64,000 nucleotides of DNA from Camelus dromedarius (Eukaryota). Both the position numbers and the translations under genes were made by a program. Position 1 is the stretch's first letter. Each line of letters opens with the position of its first letter. The notes below the pieces were generated by a model, which was not told the origin of the DNA, made no database searches, and worked only from the letters and a program-made list of their open reading frames with translations. Shown piece by piece: positions 25,061-38,900 of this stretch. The DNA lies in NCBI RefSeq assembly GCF_036321535.1, contig NC_087436.1:9548001-9612000 (forward strand), read 5' to 3'.

Positions 25061-26239
25061 TAAACAGATTATGGTGCTAATATTCCCCTTTGGAGCTTTC
25101 TTTTTTTAATTGATGCTATAATCACAAAATAATTAAATTGCTATTATAAGGAATAAGGAAATATGTCAGGGTTGGAAGAAATTTTAATTGCATTGAAATT
25201 ATAAATTATATATAAATAGTTATGAATAACTAATGCTGTTAATTAATTCTAAATTGAAAAATAACATATTCAAGCTTTATTTTAAAAATTATAACTGCCT
25301 AAAGGTTTCCAACTAAGAATTAAAATTTACATTTAATTGTATCTAAAGATGCAGATTAGAAGGTCAATAACCTTAATAACTCTTTAATATGCAATTCTTA
25401 AACTTATTTAAAACCAGATTGTATTAAGTCTAACATGCTATTACGTGACTTCTTTAATAAGCTCAGTTGAATTATTCATTAATTGATGCAGTATTTCAAG
25501 CTTTGGTGATAATTTTTATTTATTTTTAGCATCAAGAATTTTTAAATATTTGGGCTCAATTTATTCAGTTACAATAATACCTTGATGTTTAATGAATGTT
25601 TGAGATTCTAGTCTAGACAAAGAGAGCTCATGATGGAAACTTAGTCATCTGTACACAAGACAATGTAATAATAATAACAGCAGAAAATGCTAATATCTTA
25701 AAGAATGTGTGACATGTGGGATCCTTTCTGGAATTTAACACAAAAGAAATGTTATCTAATTGTTAGTATATGGCAGAAATACCATTCTGACAAAAAGAAG
25801 CACCTGCTTATTCCTTCATGGAATTAGTACCCTAAGTGCTTACCTTGGCCGGCTCATTTGTTATGAGTTCACTTCCTACTGGGTTTCTAAATGCAGTGTG
25901 AAAATTCTACCCTAAATAGTTTCCCAAATTCTGAGGGGTTCTCTGTTTCATCATTTTGTTTCAAAGTATTTTGTGGAAGAAGTTTTGACATTCTAGAGAG
26001 GGAAAAATCTCAGAGAATACTGTCAAAAGCCAAAAGTGGTTTTTAAAAAGCAAATATACCTACCTGAGGATGGAGGCAACCGCAGTTACCATGAATATGT
26101 TTGAACTGGAATAGTCAAGCTCTGACGATCCACTTTTAAATGTTAAGCATTTCTCTGTAAAATGTGTCAACACTGCCAAAGTAGATACCACTTCTGCCCA
26201 CAACCAGATCTATTTTATACTCTTCTAATAGGATGGTGC

Positions 26240-26754
26240 TGAAACAGGAGGGAAGTGGGCAGGGCACAACCATTAAAAGAATGACACAGCCATTGAGGAT
26301 AGGACATAAACTGGTTAGAACCAACTAAACCCAAGATGGCAGAAGATCCGGACTTCCAGGAGACCTTGAGCTTCGTTATACATTCATTATAATAAAATTA
26401 GCCTTGCAGATTAAAAGTACCCATCATGCACTGACACCATGACACTTCTGATCAAGACTAAATAAGGACTAAATCCCTCTTCCCCTCAGGAAGTCTGAGC
26501 TGGGATGGAAATCAAGGAATACAACCCCAAGCCCCTTCCTCTCCAATGAATATTCCACCCATTCATTTGTACAGCCTGTGTAACCAGCTTGCCAAAAAGC
26601 CTCAGCACAGCACTCACCTGAGTCTGCTCGCTCTCCCCTTGAGAGTGTACTGTCTATCCCTTAAAAAATCCCCACTTTACTTTCTTAACCTCTGTGTCTT
26701 ATCTCTGAATTATTTCTGCTATGAGACAAGAACCTACCTACTCTCCCAGTAATG
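26240..26754 (+). mobile_element. ERV1 solo LTR, MER41-like
   Basis: tgaaacaggagggaagtgggcagggcacaaccattaaaagaatgac...cccaagatggc... matches the reverse complement of 16951-17605; TSD gtgc at 26236-26239 and 26755-26758. Confidence 0.85.
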
Positions 26755-27479
26755 GTGCTTTCAAATAGCTGTCAATCAACACTTGACCAAGTGGACTTTA
26801 ATAGAAGATTCATTGTGTAGCTGTCTCAGGAGCTATTTGTAAACCTTAGAGGGAAATCAAAGACAAGACAACACAAAACACCAAATAAAACAACAACAGC
26901 AAGCTACTTTCAAACTTCCAAAATACAAAAGAATAAACCTTTAAATACAGAAATTACAAAACTGTGATGAGGACTACCTAATATACCACTTATGGAACTA
27001 AGTCAAGTGTTTCTCGACTTGCTGAATCTCTGTCTTTTTCATTATGGTGAACTCATCTGAAGCATCCACTCTCACTTACATATCATTTGAGTGATAATGG
27101 ATTTTTTTTTTTTTTGATTCTAAGAATGTGAATCCTGTGAATAGATCTGTTCAGGCATGTTAATTTAGTTCAGGGTATTTTCTCACCTAAAGCTCTCACT
27201 AGATGACACTGTTTTACCAGCTTGAAGTGCTTCCAATTGCATGTACTCCAGACTGCCAAGGTTTTACCTGCTTTTCTGAAAGAGGAGCTGCATTTTTACA
27301 GGTTTCATCTTTATAGGTTTCAGACTGTGCCGATCTTAAGTTAAAAAAAAAAAGTTAAGTCTTTTACAACTTGAGAGAAAGAATCTTTTTGGATATATTT
27401 GTTTGTTTATGAGACATGAAAAGCTTTGTGTCTGTTTCCAAACCCTTAAAATTAATATTCTAAGCAGTATTTAGCAATA

Positions 27480-27990
27480 ATTGCTGACACATCAGTAATT
27501 ATTATGCACCAGGTATCGTCCTAAGTGATTTACATATGTTAAGTAATGTAACCCTTCCAAGAAAGGTTTAAAACAGTAATCCAACATCAGACATAAATTA
27601 GGTGATAAAGAAGCTTAATTAAGGAGCCATGTGTTAAACCAGTCGTGTCTGCTGCCTGCCATGCTCAGTCACAACTTATAGATCAAGATAACTGATTCCA
27701 AATTGATTTTCTCCCAACACAGGTGTTAAGTTCAGTGAACCATTTTTCTCCTTTGGTTTTAGTGTCAGAAACAAATTTAAAATCAAGTTCCTCGTGAGTG
27801 GCATGCATGTGTTGAGGGAGGGGTCAGACTCCCGAGATTCAAACCCCAGCTCTGTCATTTACTGGGTGTGTGAAGTTGGGCAAGTTCTTTAACCTCCTAA
27901 AGCCTTAAAATAGGGATTTTGAGAGCACCTAATTCCAGTAATTATGAAGAGTTTTCAGTTAAATAATTGATCAAGTCATGAAGCACAATT
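27480..27990. mobile_element. Two MIR fragments (minus about 27480-27620; plus about 27800-27990)
   Basis: gagattcaaaccccagctctgtcatttactgggtgtgtgaagttggggcaagttctttaacctc (plus); tatgcaccaggtatcgtcctaagtgatttacat (minus). Confidence 0.7.
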
Positions 27991-28369
27991 CATGAGATGC
28001 GATTACTATTATTTGAAATACAAGCAAAAAGGAGTTCTTTCTGCATTCCCCCCCAACTCCAGATCAACTGCAGAGTATTTTATGAGTGCAGAAAGAGTCA
28101 ATTTGATGATAAAAGTGTATTTATTAAAAAACTATTTAAAATTTTATGGATCTCTATCTGAAATGATAAATGCAGCTTTAGAGGAGTTGATTTGTAGTAT
28201 TTATTTATTTGTAGTATTTATTTAATTGGATACATTTACTGAGGTTTCTCATGAGGAAAATTAAATGATTTTATCTGAATATAGTCAACAAAGAAACAAG
28301 CATCACTCTTTTCTGAGACACGGTAAGGACCACAATGTACCAGTGGTCTGCCGTGGTCTGTAGATGTTA

Positions 28370-29330
28370 GCTTTTTCTTCCGACACAGCCCCTTACTCCT
28401 CACCTCTCCCAACAATCTCTTTCCAATGTGTTCTCTAATATTTCTGCTTCACCTCTAAAACTTTAAAACTCTTCAATAGATATATAGTCTGTATCTCGGC
28501 CTTAACTAGGGTCTAAAATGACTACTCTTTCTGCCCCCTTTTAAAGCTGAAGCTGCTTTTTCTCTCATGTCATGTGTACCTTAAAACCAGGGTTTGGAAT
28601 CAATGTCTTCCTGTTCAGATGATTTTCCCCTTATTTTTATATTTAAAAATAAAGTCTGATCCTTTGAAACTCCGATTATTCTCTCCCTTAACTGGTGGAA
28701 AAAAAAATAGACTTCCTGTTAATGACATTTCCAAAGATACACATACCTGGCTTTTAGAATCCAATGCCATAGCATTGTTTTCATCCTAGAATTTTTTTTT
28801 CTTTTCCCCATCCTAGATTCTATTAAAACAGCTCCAACATCCTGGCTTTTTCCTTACTTCAGCCTAAGTTCCATTGACCTTTCCTGTCCGCCTCCCCTCA
28901 ACCTTTTCCTCTCTGTAACATGTCCTAAGAGTTGCCAGAAATTGTCCTAGTGACAAAATCACTAATTCAGAAATCACAAGCCCCACCAACACCCTTTCCT
29001 GATGATTTACCTTTGTAGCATTTCCATTTTTATATAGAATTATCCTTCTGTGACTTTTCAATCCACTGATTCCTGTGCTTTTCTTCTCAGCAGTTTTCTG
29101 CATTTCCTCTTGTCTTACACAATGTAGATTTTTGAGTTTAACAATCATCTCAAACAGTACCTATTCTCCTCTATGTCCCATCTCTGGCTACAGGGAAAGT
29201 GTCTTTTCTCTAAGACAAAAATCTCAATATAGTACTTCCTCTCTGCTCCTAAGAGATTATATACCTTTTCTTCTCAGCCTTCTGCTTCCTTCTTCCTACC
29301 ACACCATTTCTATCAGTATTCAAATGGCAT
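28370..29330 (+). mobile_element. L2 LINE fragment
   Basis: Pyrimidine-rich degraded L2-like body (ctcctaagagattatataccttttcttctcagcc...ccatttctatcagtattcaaa). Confidence 0.55.
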
Positions 29331-29499
29331 AGAAAAGTATCTTCAAATTTCAAATTTTGTGTATTCATGCATTTTGGAAAATTAATGTCCTATAAAGTAT
29401 AAGATATAAGTTTCTCATAAATAGGAAATAATAATAAGAATAGAGAGGAGAAACACTTATAATCGTCTTTCTAGATAGGAAAAGTGGAACACTGGAGAT

Positions 29500-30190
29500 A
29501 AGCAATCCTCAGCGTTAATATATGGTAGAATAAGGCATTGGAGAGCAATCAAAAGGAGGCACATACTGGTGAGAAGTTCAAACTTGGAAGAAAGGAATAA
29601 TGCTGGTGATTTTTTCTCTCTTTCACTGCTTTTAACTTGTGGCATGCCACAGTCTGTCTCACGTAGGGAGGCTAAAACTCTAATGGAAAACCTGCAAGCT
29701 TATTGGCTTGCGGATCTGAGGACAGAGTTTGAAGCATCTATGAATTGATGACAAATTGAGGTGAAAAATCCTTGAAACAGCAAGATAGGCAGAGGGCCAA
29801 ACCCTATGTAAAAACTGCAGACAATTCTCAGACTGACTCCTTAATGATGAGTGTATAAGATATGCTCCAAAGAGCTAAACTTAAACAAAGGGACCTGAAT
29901 TTCTAGCCACCACCCACTAAAAGGAAGGCAGAATTTTCAATTTGAGTCTTTAGAATAGTAGAACAGATTCCACTGAAGATACAGTACATTATCACAATGC
30001 CTAGTATGCAATCCAAAATTAGCCAACATAAAAACAAAGTGTGAGTGATTTCCAAGAGAAAATGCAATCAGTGACAATGACCCCCCAAGTAACACACATG
30101 CTGAGATTATCAGATGAGAAATTTAAAGCAGTTTTTATATCTATTCTCAGATACATAAAGAAAAAGATAAAACATCTCATCAGAGACATA
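29500..30190 (+). mobile_element. Old L1 (L1ME/L1MC-like) 5' end to ORF1 start
   Basis: aaggcattggagagcaatcaa...; caatccaaaattagccaacat...atgctgagattatcagatgagaaatttaaagcag. Confidence 0.65.
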
Positions 30191-30196
30191 TGAATT

Positions 30197-30420
30197 ATAT
30201 AAAAATAGATTTTCAAATTTCTTCTGCATAGCACAGGGAACTAGCTTCAATATCTTGTAATAACCTTTAAATGAAAAAAATGTGAAAATGAATATATCTA
30301 TGAATGTGCATGACTGGGACATTGTGCTGTACACTGGAAATTGACACATTGTAATTGACTGTATTTCAATAAAAAATAAAATTTAAAAAGGTGAAATAAA
30401 AAAAGGATTAAAAAACAATG
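30197..30420 (+). mobile_element. Young L1 3' end (camelid-type)
   Basis: catagcacagggaactagcttcaatatcttgtaataacc...gcatgactgggacattgtgctgtacactggaaattgacacattgtaattgactgtatttcaataaaaa. Confidence 0.92.
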
Positions 30421-30649
30421 AAAATTCCAGGATTAAAAGAATATATTTACTCATATTATTAAAATTTCAGAAACATAATTTTAATAGCTAATAGTATTTA
30501 TTATATGGATGAATCATAATTTTAAGTCTTTTATGATTAGTTTACTTTTAACAAGAAAAAATTTATTGAAATCAACATTATAATTGGTAAAAAAGTAAAA
30601 AGATCAGCTTTAAATGGTAGATTGAACAGATTATATCCACATTTATTTT

Positions 30650-32640
30650 TCACTTCTTTTTAAAGGAGATAAACCCAGGAGAATAAGAAAAATATAAATA
30701 ATTTTCATTCTGGAAGATGCAAACGTGATGGAGGCATTGAATTATACCTAACTGAGAAGACCCAGAGAAGCTAAGTATGAGGCCGGCAGTGGGAATCACT
30801 GGTAAACACTCTGGTATTTTCACAGTATCCTTAGAAAGCTCAGACACTGGCAGCACTTCATGCCTCTGGAGCTGAATTTGAGGAGAAGGTGATCAAAATA
30901 AGGACTGGATTAAAGCTATTCAATACATTCTAGATCTCTTCCTTCTCTTCAGAAGAATCTGAAGATATATCTTTGCTGAATGGAAAACCAAGCATTGGTT
31001 GACTGAGGGAAGCCTCAGGTACAGATGAGGACCTGGGTACCATACCAGAAACAGAAGAATAGGTGATTGTATGTATAAACAAATTGCTAAAACTTCAAGC
31101 TCCTTCTGAAACTAGACTTAGGAACACTAGCAGATCAACATTTACTCTTTAAGTGCAGGACAGAGGGGATAGCCTGAAAAAATAAATAAAGATGCTAACA
31201 TCCCAGTAAATTTCAAAGCCTACAGTATAATTCAAAGGCAGCAAGCACCCACCCAATGCACAGAACTTCCTACTGCATTTTAATTACTACCTGAGCAGTC
31301 AATCCGATCAAGAAAAAACAAGCATGGATGGAAACTCTCTAACATGGAAGATAGAAACAAAAGAAAATAAAACAAACAAACAAAAACAATAAAGCAAACA
31401 AAAATGCAAAAACAACTTGGAGGAAACTGATTTTTTTTTTGTTAGGGAAAATAAAAACTTTAATAATAGCATTAATGTCCTCAAGGCAATTAGAGAAGAC
31501 ACTTAATCAAGGGGAGAAAAATCAAACAGACATAAAAACTCAAATAACAAAGAAAGAGTTCCTAGAAGTTAAAAAAAAAGCTGTGAACAGAAACTGAAAT
31601 AATAAATCAATAATTAATTTAAAAATGGGAAGTAGCTCCCACAAAATAGATCCATGATACAGACCTGAAAATTAAGGACAAAAATGACAAGAAAATTAGA
31701 GGACCTTTGAGATACCTAACCTTAAAAAAAAATAGTCCCGGGAAGAGGAGTAAAAATAAGTGAACAGTGTCATCAATAAGATAATTAAAAATTCCAAAAC
31801 TGAATACTATGAGTTTCCAGATTGAAATTTCCTGTTAAGTACCCAACACAACAATGGAGAAAATGGTGCACAGACCACTTTGTATCATTGTGAAATTTCA
31901 GAACTCTGGGCAAAGAGATGCTCTTATAACTTAAAAAGAGAGTTTAAGAAGAAAAAAGTCAAGGAATCATAACTGTCAAATTCCTTACAGAAAACCTTGA
32001 AACTAATTTTTTTTTAACTTGTAAAGAAAAGAATGTCTCCAATCTGGACATAACCAAAGGAATGGGTGCACATGGCACTTATAAAAGAAGCTCCAACACA
32101 GCAGAGAAATAAAGACATTTTCTAAGATAATAGGAAACTGGGTCATAGTCTAACTGCTATAGACCAGCTGGAGGTGTGGGAGCAATAAATATAGATTGAA
32201 ACAGAATTAAATATTTGTAATGCACAACATGGCAGGGCACTGTATCTTTCGCTACCCACCCTTGGTTGATGAAAGTCTCCAACTTTCCATCATCACTTTC
32301 ACTGATAAGACCTACATCGTAATGAGATAAGAGTTGAGGTTGAATGATGAGAAAATAAATATGGTTACATTGAAGACTGAGGCGTCTCCTTGAACCGATA
32401 CCTTGACCCTTCTGATCCAAAATGCTTTCAAAGGAGAGAAAGACACAGATCTACGCATCTCTGCATATGTGTAGTATATGATACTACAAACTGATACTAA
32501 TTGCCTTTGAAGAGCGGAACTCAGGAATTGGGCTAAAAGTGTCCTGAGGGAGACTCTTTCCAAACTGCTTACTCTTCAATTTCTTTAGAATTTAGTAACT
32601 TACAAATGTATTATCTATCAAAACTGAAGAAAAATAAAAT
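30650..32640 (+). mobile_element. HAL1-like (half-L1, ORF1-only) element
   Basis: ORF1-like text (atgagtttccagattgaa...tcattgtgaaatttcagaac), HAL1-like motif ccaacacagcagagaaataaag, and L1ME/HAL1-like 3' end near 32500-32640. Confidence 0.55.
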
Positions 32641-32705
32641 ATATCCTCTTAAAGAGAACTTTTTATGTATTATTGAGGCTATTATTTGTTCTGAGCTTTA
32701 AATTG

Positions 32706-33239
32706 TGTCAACTGAAAAAAAAATAAATGCACAACATAAAAGTTGAGAATTATGTTTTACTTGGCAGACTTTCTGAGGACTTCAAGCCTGGGAGACAGCC
32801 TTTCAGACAGCTCTAAGGGACTGCTCCCAAGAGATAAAGGAGGAGCCAGAATATATAGGAGTTTTTGCAACAAAGTCAGAACATCAAAAGATAGTTGGAA
32901 CATCAAAAGATTACTGTTAATTAAAGAAAACCAGACATCTCAAGTTAAGGAACTTAGCACTTTTTTTATGTATGAGACGATGTAAAAGTCTAGGTTCATT
33001 GAAATCATTCCTTTGATGGGCACCTTAACTATTTAGGTCCAGTATTCTGTGCTTCCCATCCTGGTTCCTCTCTAGGTGCACCTTCGTGGGTGGCTGCAGT
33101 GGCTGATGGCTTGATCACAGGCATCCTGTTTCCGTCCTGAGTTCCCTCAAGGCTCACCTTCGGGGGTGGTTGCAGTGTGATGTCTTGATGGCTGTAATAT
33201 CCTTTGTTTACTGATACCAACATTGTCTCAGTCCTGACA
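32706..33239 (-). mobile_element. ERV1 solo LTR, MER4-group-like (copy 1 of 3)
   Basis: tgtcaactgaaaaa...gacagcctttcagacagctctaagggactgctcc...ctgaca; homologous to the copies at 35127 and 46224; TSD not clean. Confidence 0.88.
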
Positions 33240-35029
33240 TTTTGCTTCTGTTCCTTTCCTTGTGACTCATGATTTAATGGTAGTGTTTCCTTGACCTTCA
33301 GCACAGTTACCCGCAATGAAATACCAGAATCATTTTAGACTTTTGCATTTTAACTAAGAATGTAAATCATCAACATCTATAGAGCTTCCTGTATGATTTG
33401 TAATAAACTCAAGATTTCTGTTTAAACTAAGATAAATTGCTTTGATCAAAATATGTGGAGAAAAGCCAGTCAATATGGAATTCAAAAGAGGCTCTCCAAT
33501 TTTGTCTCAATTTCAACTTAAATTTGTGTCTTCAAAGCATTGCCTGTTTTCTTTTCTCCTCATTGATTTTTGTTCTGAAATCAACCTCAGCTTCTTGTAC
33601 ATATTCCTTTGTTCCTAAATGTTTCTTTTTGATCTTCAGCTTATGTATATTTGCTGTATCTGAAACTTTCTCCTATTTTTTTTTTTTTACTAGTATATGG
33701 GTTGCTATTTCAATCCTAGTATCTCTGATCTATCTCTTTCTTGGCTGAAAATAAATCCTATTGAATACTTAGTTTCTTGTTCATTTTACTTTGAAATATG
33801 AAACACTATTATAGGTTTTTTTGTTTTGTTTTTTTTTTTTTTTTTTTTACAGGTGAAAGCACTATTATTACACCTTTTGACCTAGAATTTCCATTCACGG
33901 ATTTGTTCTTCCTTTTTCAGAGAAAATGTTCAATGCGTAAGTGTAGTTAAAGCAGACTAAATTGAATTTGAATATTGCATTTGGATATTGGACATGGACA
34001 TTCATGAAGTTGGCTGTTGTGTGGGTCACTCTATCCTAGCATAATAGTACTATATACAGGATACTTTGTAATAAAGTAAAAACATCTATGGTTCCAAAAA
34101 AATAAAAATCTACTTCCCCCAATTTGTAGCTTGGATTGAAAGCAACTCGGGCACTGGAACCACAGTAATAATTTATGAAGAAAACCCCTGAATTTTCCAA
34201 ATGTCATTTCACAAGAAGAACAATATTTGAGGGTTATAGAGTATTCCATTGACTTCTCTTTGCGAAGTTAAAATAAAAACTCACAATTATCTTAAAAATA
34301 TTTAGACTACCCAGTGATTCGTGTGTGTGATGAGTTCATGATATTTAAAATGTCTCCAACTGAAACTATTTGCATGGAAAAACTGAAGTAGTATCTGCAT
34401 CAATTCAGCCACTATGATTTTCTTAACGATTTCTCTGCTTTTCCAAAGCATATTCTTCATTACAGCTATTGCATTTATTTTTCTTCTTCCATGCTTTGAT
34501 TCATTAAGATATTGAACTAGATAATGAATATAAATGTATTTTTTTGTTGATGTATGATTAATTAACTTAGTTCCCACAGACAGCCATTTAATTAAGGAAC
34601 CACCACTAACTCAGCTTTGAAGATGCGAAATGAACATTAGGTTTAAAAGACTTTTCTAAGGTCACTGATCAGAAGCAAGAGGAACCTAACCTAACTTCAG
34701 AGATTTTGCTTTCAACCACTACATGACCTTGCCCTGTTGTGTGCTTCATTCACACTAATGCTCACACTCATAATAACGCCCCTCCGGACACAACAAAGAA
34801 CAGAGGATGGGATAATGTCTTGGTGGTTACAGATACAAAATGATTCACTTTTAAAACATTTGGCCTAGTGTGGGCTATGTTTGATAGACACAAAGATGAA
34901 CAGGACTTGACCCTGGTCTTAAGAGTGCAGAATTCAAAAGAAGAGACAGAAACCTAAGTGGAAACATAAGTGAGTAATTTCATAGAGGAATAATATTTGT
35001 GGCCATGAGAACACACCTTGTAGATCTTC

Positions 35030-35908
35030 AACCACAGGGGACAAGAGGTTAGAGATCCCAGCTGCTGTACTCTGAAATCCATCATGTGTTTGCCCTGAAG
35101 CCATGCACTCAACAGTCTGTGTCTAGTGTCAACTGAAATCAAATGCATAACCTACAAGTGGAATGTTATTCTTTTAGTTGGCAGATATTTCTGAGGACTC
35201 AGCCCAGGATGACAGCCTCCCAGATCGCTCCGAGGGACTTCTCTGAAGAGGTATTGGAGAAGCCAAGATATATAGGAGTTTTACAGCAAAGATCAGGTAG
35301 TTGGAACATCAAATGACTACTGTTAATTAAAGAAAACCAGACGTCTCAAGTTAAAGAATTTAACACTTTTCTAGTATGGGAAGGCGCAAATGTCCAGACT
35401 CACTGAAAATTGTTCCTTTGATGTGCACCTAGATGTCTAGGGCCAGTGTCCTATTCTTTCCCATCCTGAGTCCCCTCAGGGGGCACCACTGGAGGTGGCT
35501 ACAGAGGCCAAGCTGTCTGCTTGTCTGCATCCTGAGTTCCCTCCACTCACTGTTGGGGGTGGTGGCAGTGGCTGATGACTTGATGGCTTCAGCACGTTTT
35601 GTTTACTAATATGGCTGGCAGTATTTTTCATTCACACTAGCCAGCAAACAACTGTGTTTGAAACACTAAGGTAGACTCGTCCCAATTTTTTGGTTCAGAA
35701 TTCTTCCAAAGGCAGGCTGCAGCACTTTGATCCAACTTTCTCTTCCTCTCCCCTTCTCCTGGGTCAGTTTTGCATCTCAGTCTGATGGCTCTTCTAGCCT
35801 TACTCTGCTCCCACTCTAGTTTATCTTGTATGGACATTTCACTTCGTGTAACCTTTGTGGGTTGAATAGCATCTTGGTATCTTCTTCTCAGAGTCTGGAC
35901 TAACCCAG
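35030..35908 (+). mobile_element. LTR16/LTR33-like ERVL LTR, split by a younger LTR
   Basis: gggtcagttttgcatctcagtctgatggctcttctagcc...catcttggtatcttcttctcagag...gactaaccca. Confidence 0.65.
35127..35636 (-). mobile_element. ERV1 solo LTR, MER4-group-like (copy 2 of 3)
   Basis: TG...CA termini (tgtcaactg...cattcaca); perfect TSD ctag at 35123-35126 and 35637-35640. Confidence 0.93.
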
Positions 35909-38900
35909 CATTCAGCTGAGGAAAAGTGGGGAGAGGAGGGCTTTCTGAAGGTAGATGTCTCAACCTTTAGGAAATGTTACCACTAAACATAAACTAGACT
36001 CATAAAAGTTATTATTGATCAATCATCAACAATATAGATGTTTTTCTTTTGCAATAATACTTCATAATTAATAGATTGATTTCATTGAGAAAGTCTTTAT
36101 TTCTCCAGTTTGTGTCTCCCAAACTCTTCTCTTTTTTAAAACATTTTTGATGTTGTTGTTGTTATGTAACTCTGGAATACTGCCTACAGGATTATGAAAA
36201 ATGAAAAACCAAAAGCCACGTAAAAGGAGTGAAGGCAGAGCTATCTTCTTTGCAAACATGTTGTGCTCCATTTGTTTTCCTGGGCCCTTTCTCTTGTGCT
36301 ATTACCTTTAACCATCAGAACAGCTTTGAATATAGATAAAATGATCTCCACTTAAACTAAATCACAGTTTCAACGATAGGTAATTTGGAAAATGTTACAT
36401 AGCTAGTAAAAAATAAAGCAGGATTTAAACCTAATAACATTTTATCTCTATTCCAACCTGGAGCGTTTTCTGCCTAGAATGTGTTTATATTAAATAAAAG
36501 CAGCATTGTTTCAAGCTCTCTGAAATGGTATAATTATTCATTTCTTTGATTTATTTATAAAGAAGAGATGCAAAGAAAATAGAATAACCCCGTGCAATTC
36601 TAAGCACCTGCAGGAAAATATATCCATCAATAAACCAAAGCAAAGCACATCGTTGTGAAATGTCACAACAGCAAAAGGAGGGCTGACATGGGATGTCTCA
36701 AAAACCAACCTTAAAAAAGTAGACTATCCAATCGTTTGTTAAGAACATACTCAAAATAACAACATCCTCCCCTGGTTCATTTCTTTCTCTATCAACCAGT
36801 ATCTCCATCACTTTTATCATCTTATTTTTTCATTCTGGCCTAACACAAACTTATTGGGATTGTAATAGTTCAATACGTGTAGATAAAGAATATTCACTTC
36901 AAACACCAGTATTTTTTCCCAGTGCTGGCTGTCTGCACTAGGTAAGCCTGTCAGTGTCCAGAAGATGACACTTCGCTGTATCAGTTTTCCAATACAACCC
37001 CATTGCAATTTATTTTAACCACTACACTGTTCAAAACATGATGGTTGGGAGAATAAATCAGGAGGTAGCCATGCTTCTTTCAGTCTTTTATATTTTCCTA
37101 AAGACTTTCCTCTTTGTCTTCACTGAGACAGATATCTTTTTTTTAAATCATTGTATTCATTCTACTAATTACATGAAAGCTTCTGTCACTAACTAGCTAT
37201 GCTTTTTGCATTTCCAAATGCTTAATAGCACTTGATAAATGTCTAACACATAATGAGTAATTCCCCAGGGAGCAATACATTATTTCATGTCATTGTTCAG
37301 TCTTTTGTGTTAGAGAATAAAAAGTAATAAAAGAATTTGAAAGGAAAACACATTAATAAAATGAGGCATTTTGTTTTTAGGGCTCACTTTAGGTTCCCAA
37401 ATGACATACCTCTAAGATATTACCTGAGAAGACGATATCATTAGGGCAAAAGGTCAAAAATCTGTTTTAAATTAAAATGAATAATCAGTTCTAGGCAGTC
37501 TCTTTTAAAGAATGCTTATTAAAATTAAAGTATGTAATTAATCTTTGTTTCATGAAGTTTAAATCTTTTAAGTCCTCTAGGAGCTAAGAAATGCTTGACA
37601 TATATTTGATTGTTCAGAATAAGCCATGAGGACTTAGCATCAGAGAACATGTACTAAAGATTATGATGATTTTCTTAAGACTCTCAGCAAGTGAGTGACT
37701 CTCTCAGAAGTGCTTCCCTTTTCTAGTATTCGTAACTTCTCCAAAAGGAAAAAAGGAAAAAGAAAAGGAAGTAAGGAGAGAAGGAAAGCAAGAAAAGATA
37801 GGAAATGGACACTAGAAACCTTCAAGGTAAGAGCCAGTAAGCCAGGACTGCTTCAAGTGTCAATGGGTAACTATTACTTAAACAGCGCGGTGTAATGTGA
37901 AACATCAAAAACAAACAAACGAAAAATGGGTTAGGAATCATAAGACCAAAGCCCAGAGCTGGTTTAGTATGATTCGGTAACTATCCAAAAATGATCTATT
38001 CTGTTTTGCATGTGATTTGCTAAATGAGTCAATTGGAAACTTTATCACAGATCTTTTCAAATTTGAGTAGGAAACATAGAGGGGATAATCCATGAGTTAT
38101 TACTTAAGGAAAAGAAGTACTAGTAAGAACAAAGAAAAGAGAAAAAAATAAGGCAAAAAAAAAGAATAAAAGAGTGTTAAGTATTAAAAGAGAAAGAAAA
38201 GCAACGAGAGAAGACAAGAATGGAAAAGAAGAGAAAGGATGACTTCTGCAGTGGATAATTTGGGCTAATTAGATAAATTATTCTAATTCACTGTCCTCCC
38301 ACTCTTCGATTTCTCTCTCAAAGCAAAGTTTTGTCCTTGTCATCTGACCTCCTCTGCCCTCCTGCCCCTATAACCTACATTATAGCTGTTGCTGTTGGTA
38401 GACGCATTAATAATCTTTATAGCATGACTTCACCCCTTGGGATTTTTTTGGCAGATATTAAAATTAAGACACTCAGTTTTAACATCCTGTAACAATCTCT
38501 ACTCCATGCTAAAATCTGAAGAACCAAATATTCCATTAACCAAATGAGCAAAGAATTATGATTTGATATGTTGACATAATATTCAATGAGCACATGTGCC
38601 CACGTGAGATTTTGGAAGGCAAGAGTAAACCCTTTGAAGTTGGGACTCCCATTCAAGGTGACAAGTACGGGAATGGACACATTTTGCCCTGTGGCAGCTG
38701 ATGCAGGGGGCCAGTGCCTGATACTTGTGCTGTTTACGTCAAGAAGCAGGTGTCGGCCGTGAATCATTGTGGTGCAGGTGACAGAAGGAGCAATTTTGTT
38801 CTGGAGCCAGAAGTTGTGCTATGAATTCTTCATGTCCAGGTCACAGTAAGATGGATTTTAAGAACTCAGATATTAAGGGATGGAAAGCTGATGCCCTGTT

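Noticed and set aside
32706..35636. Two LTRs 1.9 kb apart as an internally deleted provirus
   Set aside because: The second LTR has its own perfect TSD (ctag) and sits in an older LTR16-like element; I see no PBS, PPT or retroviral coding remnant between them.
37727..37826. Lys/Arg-rich exon candidate (ttttctag ... AAG|GTAAGA)
   Set aside because: The open frame comes from low-complexity purine runs and the peptide is unrecognisable; too weak to list.
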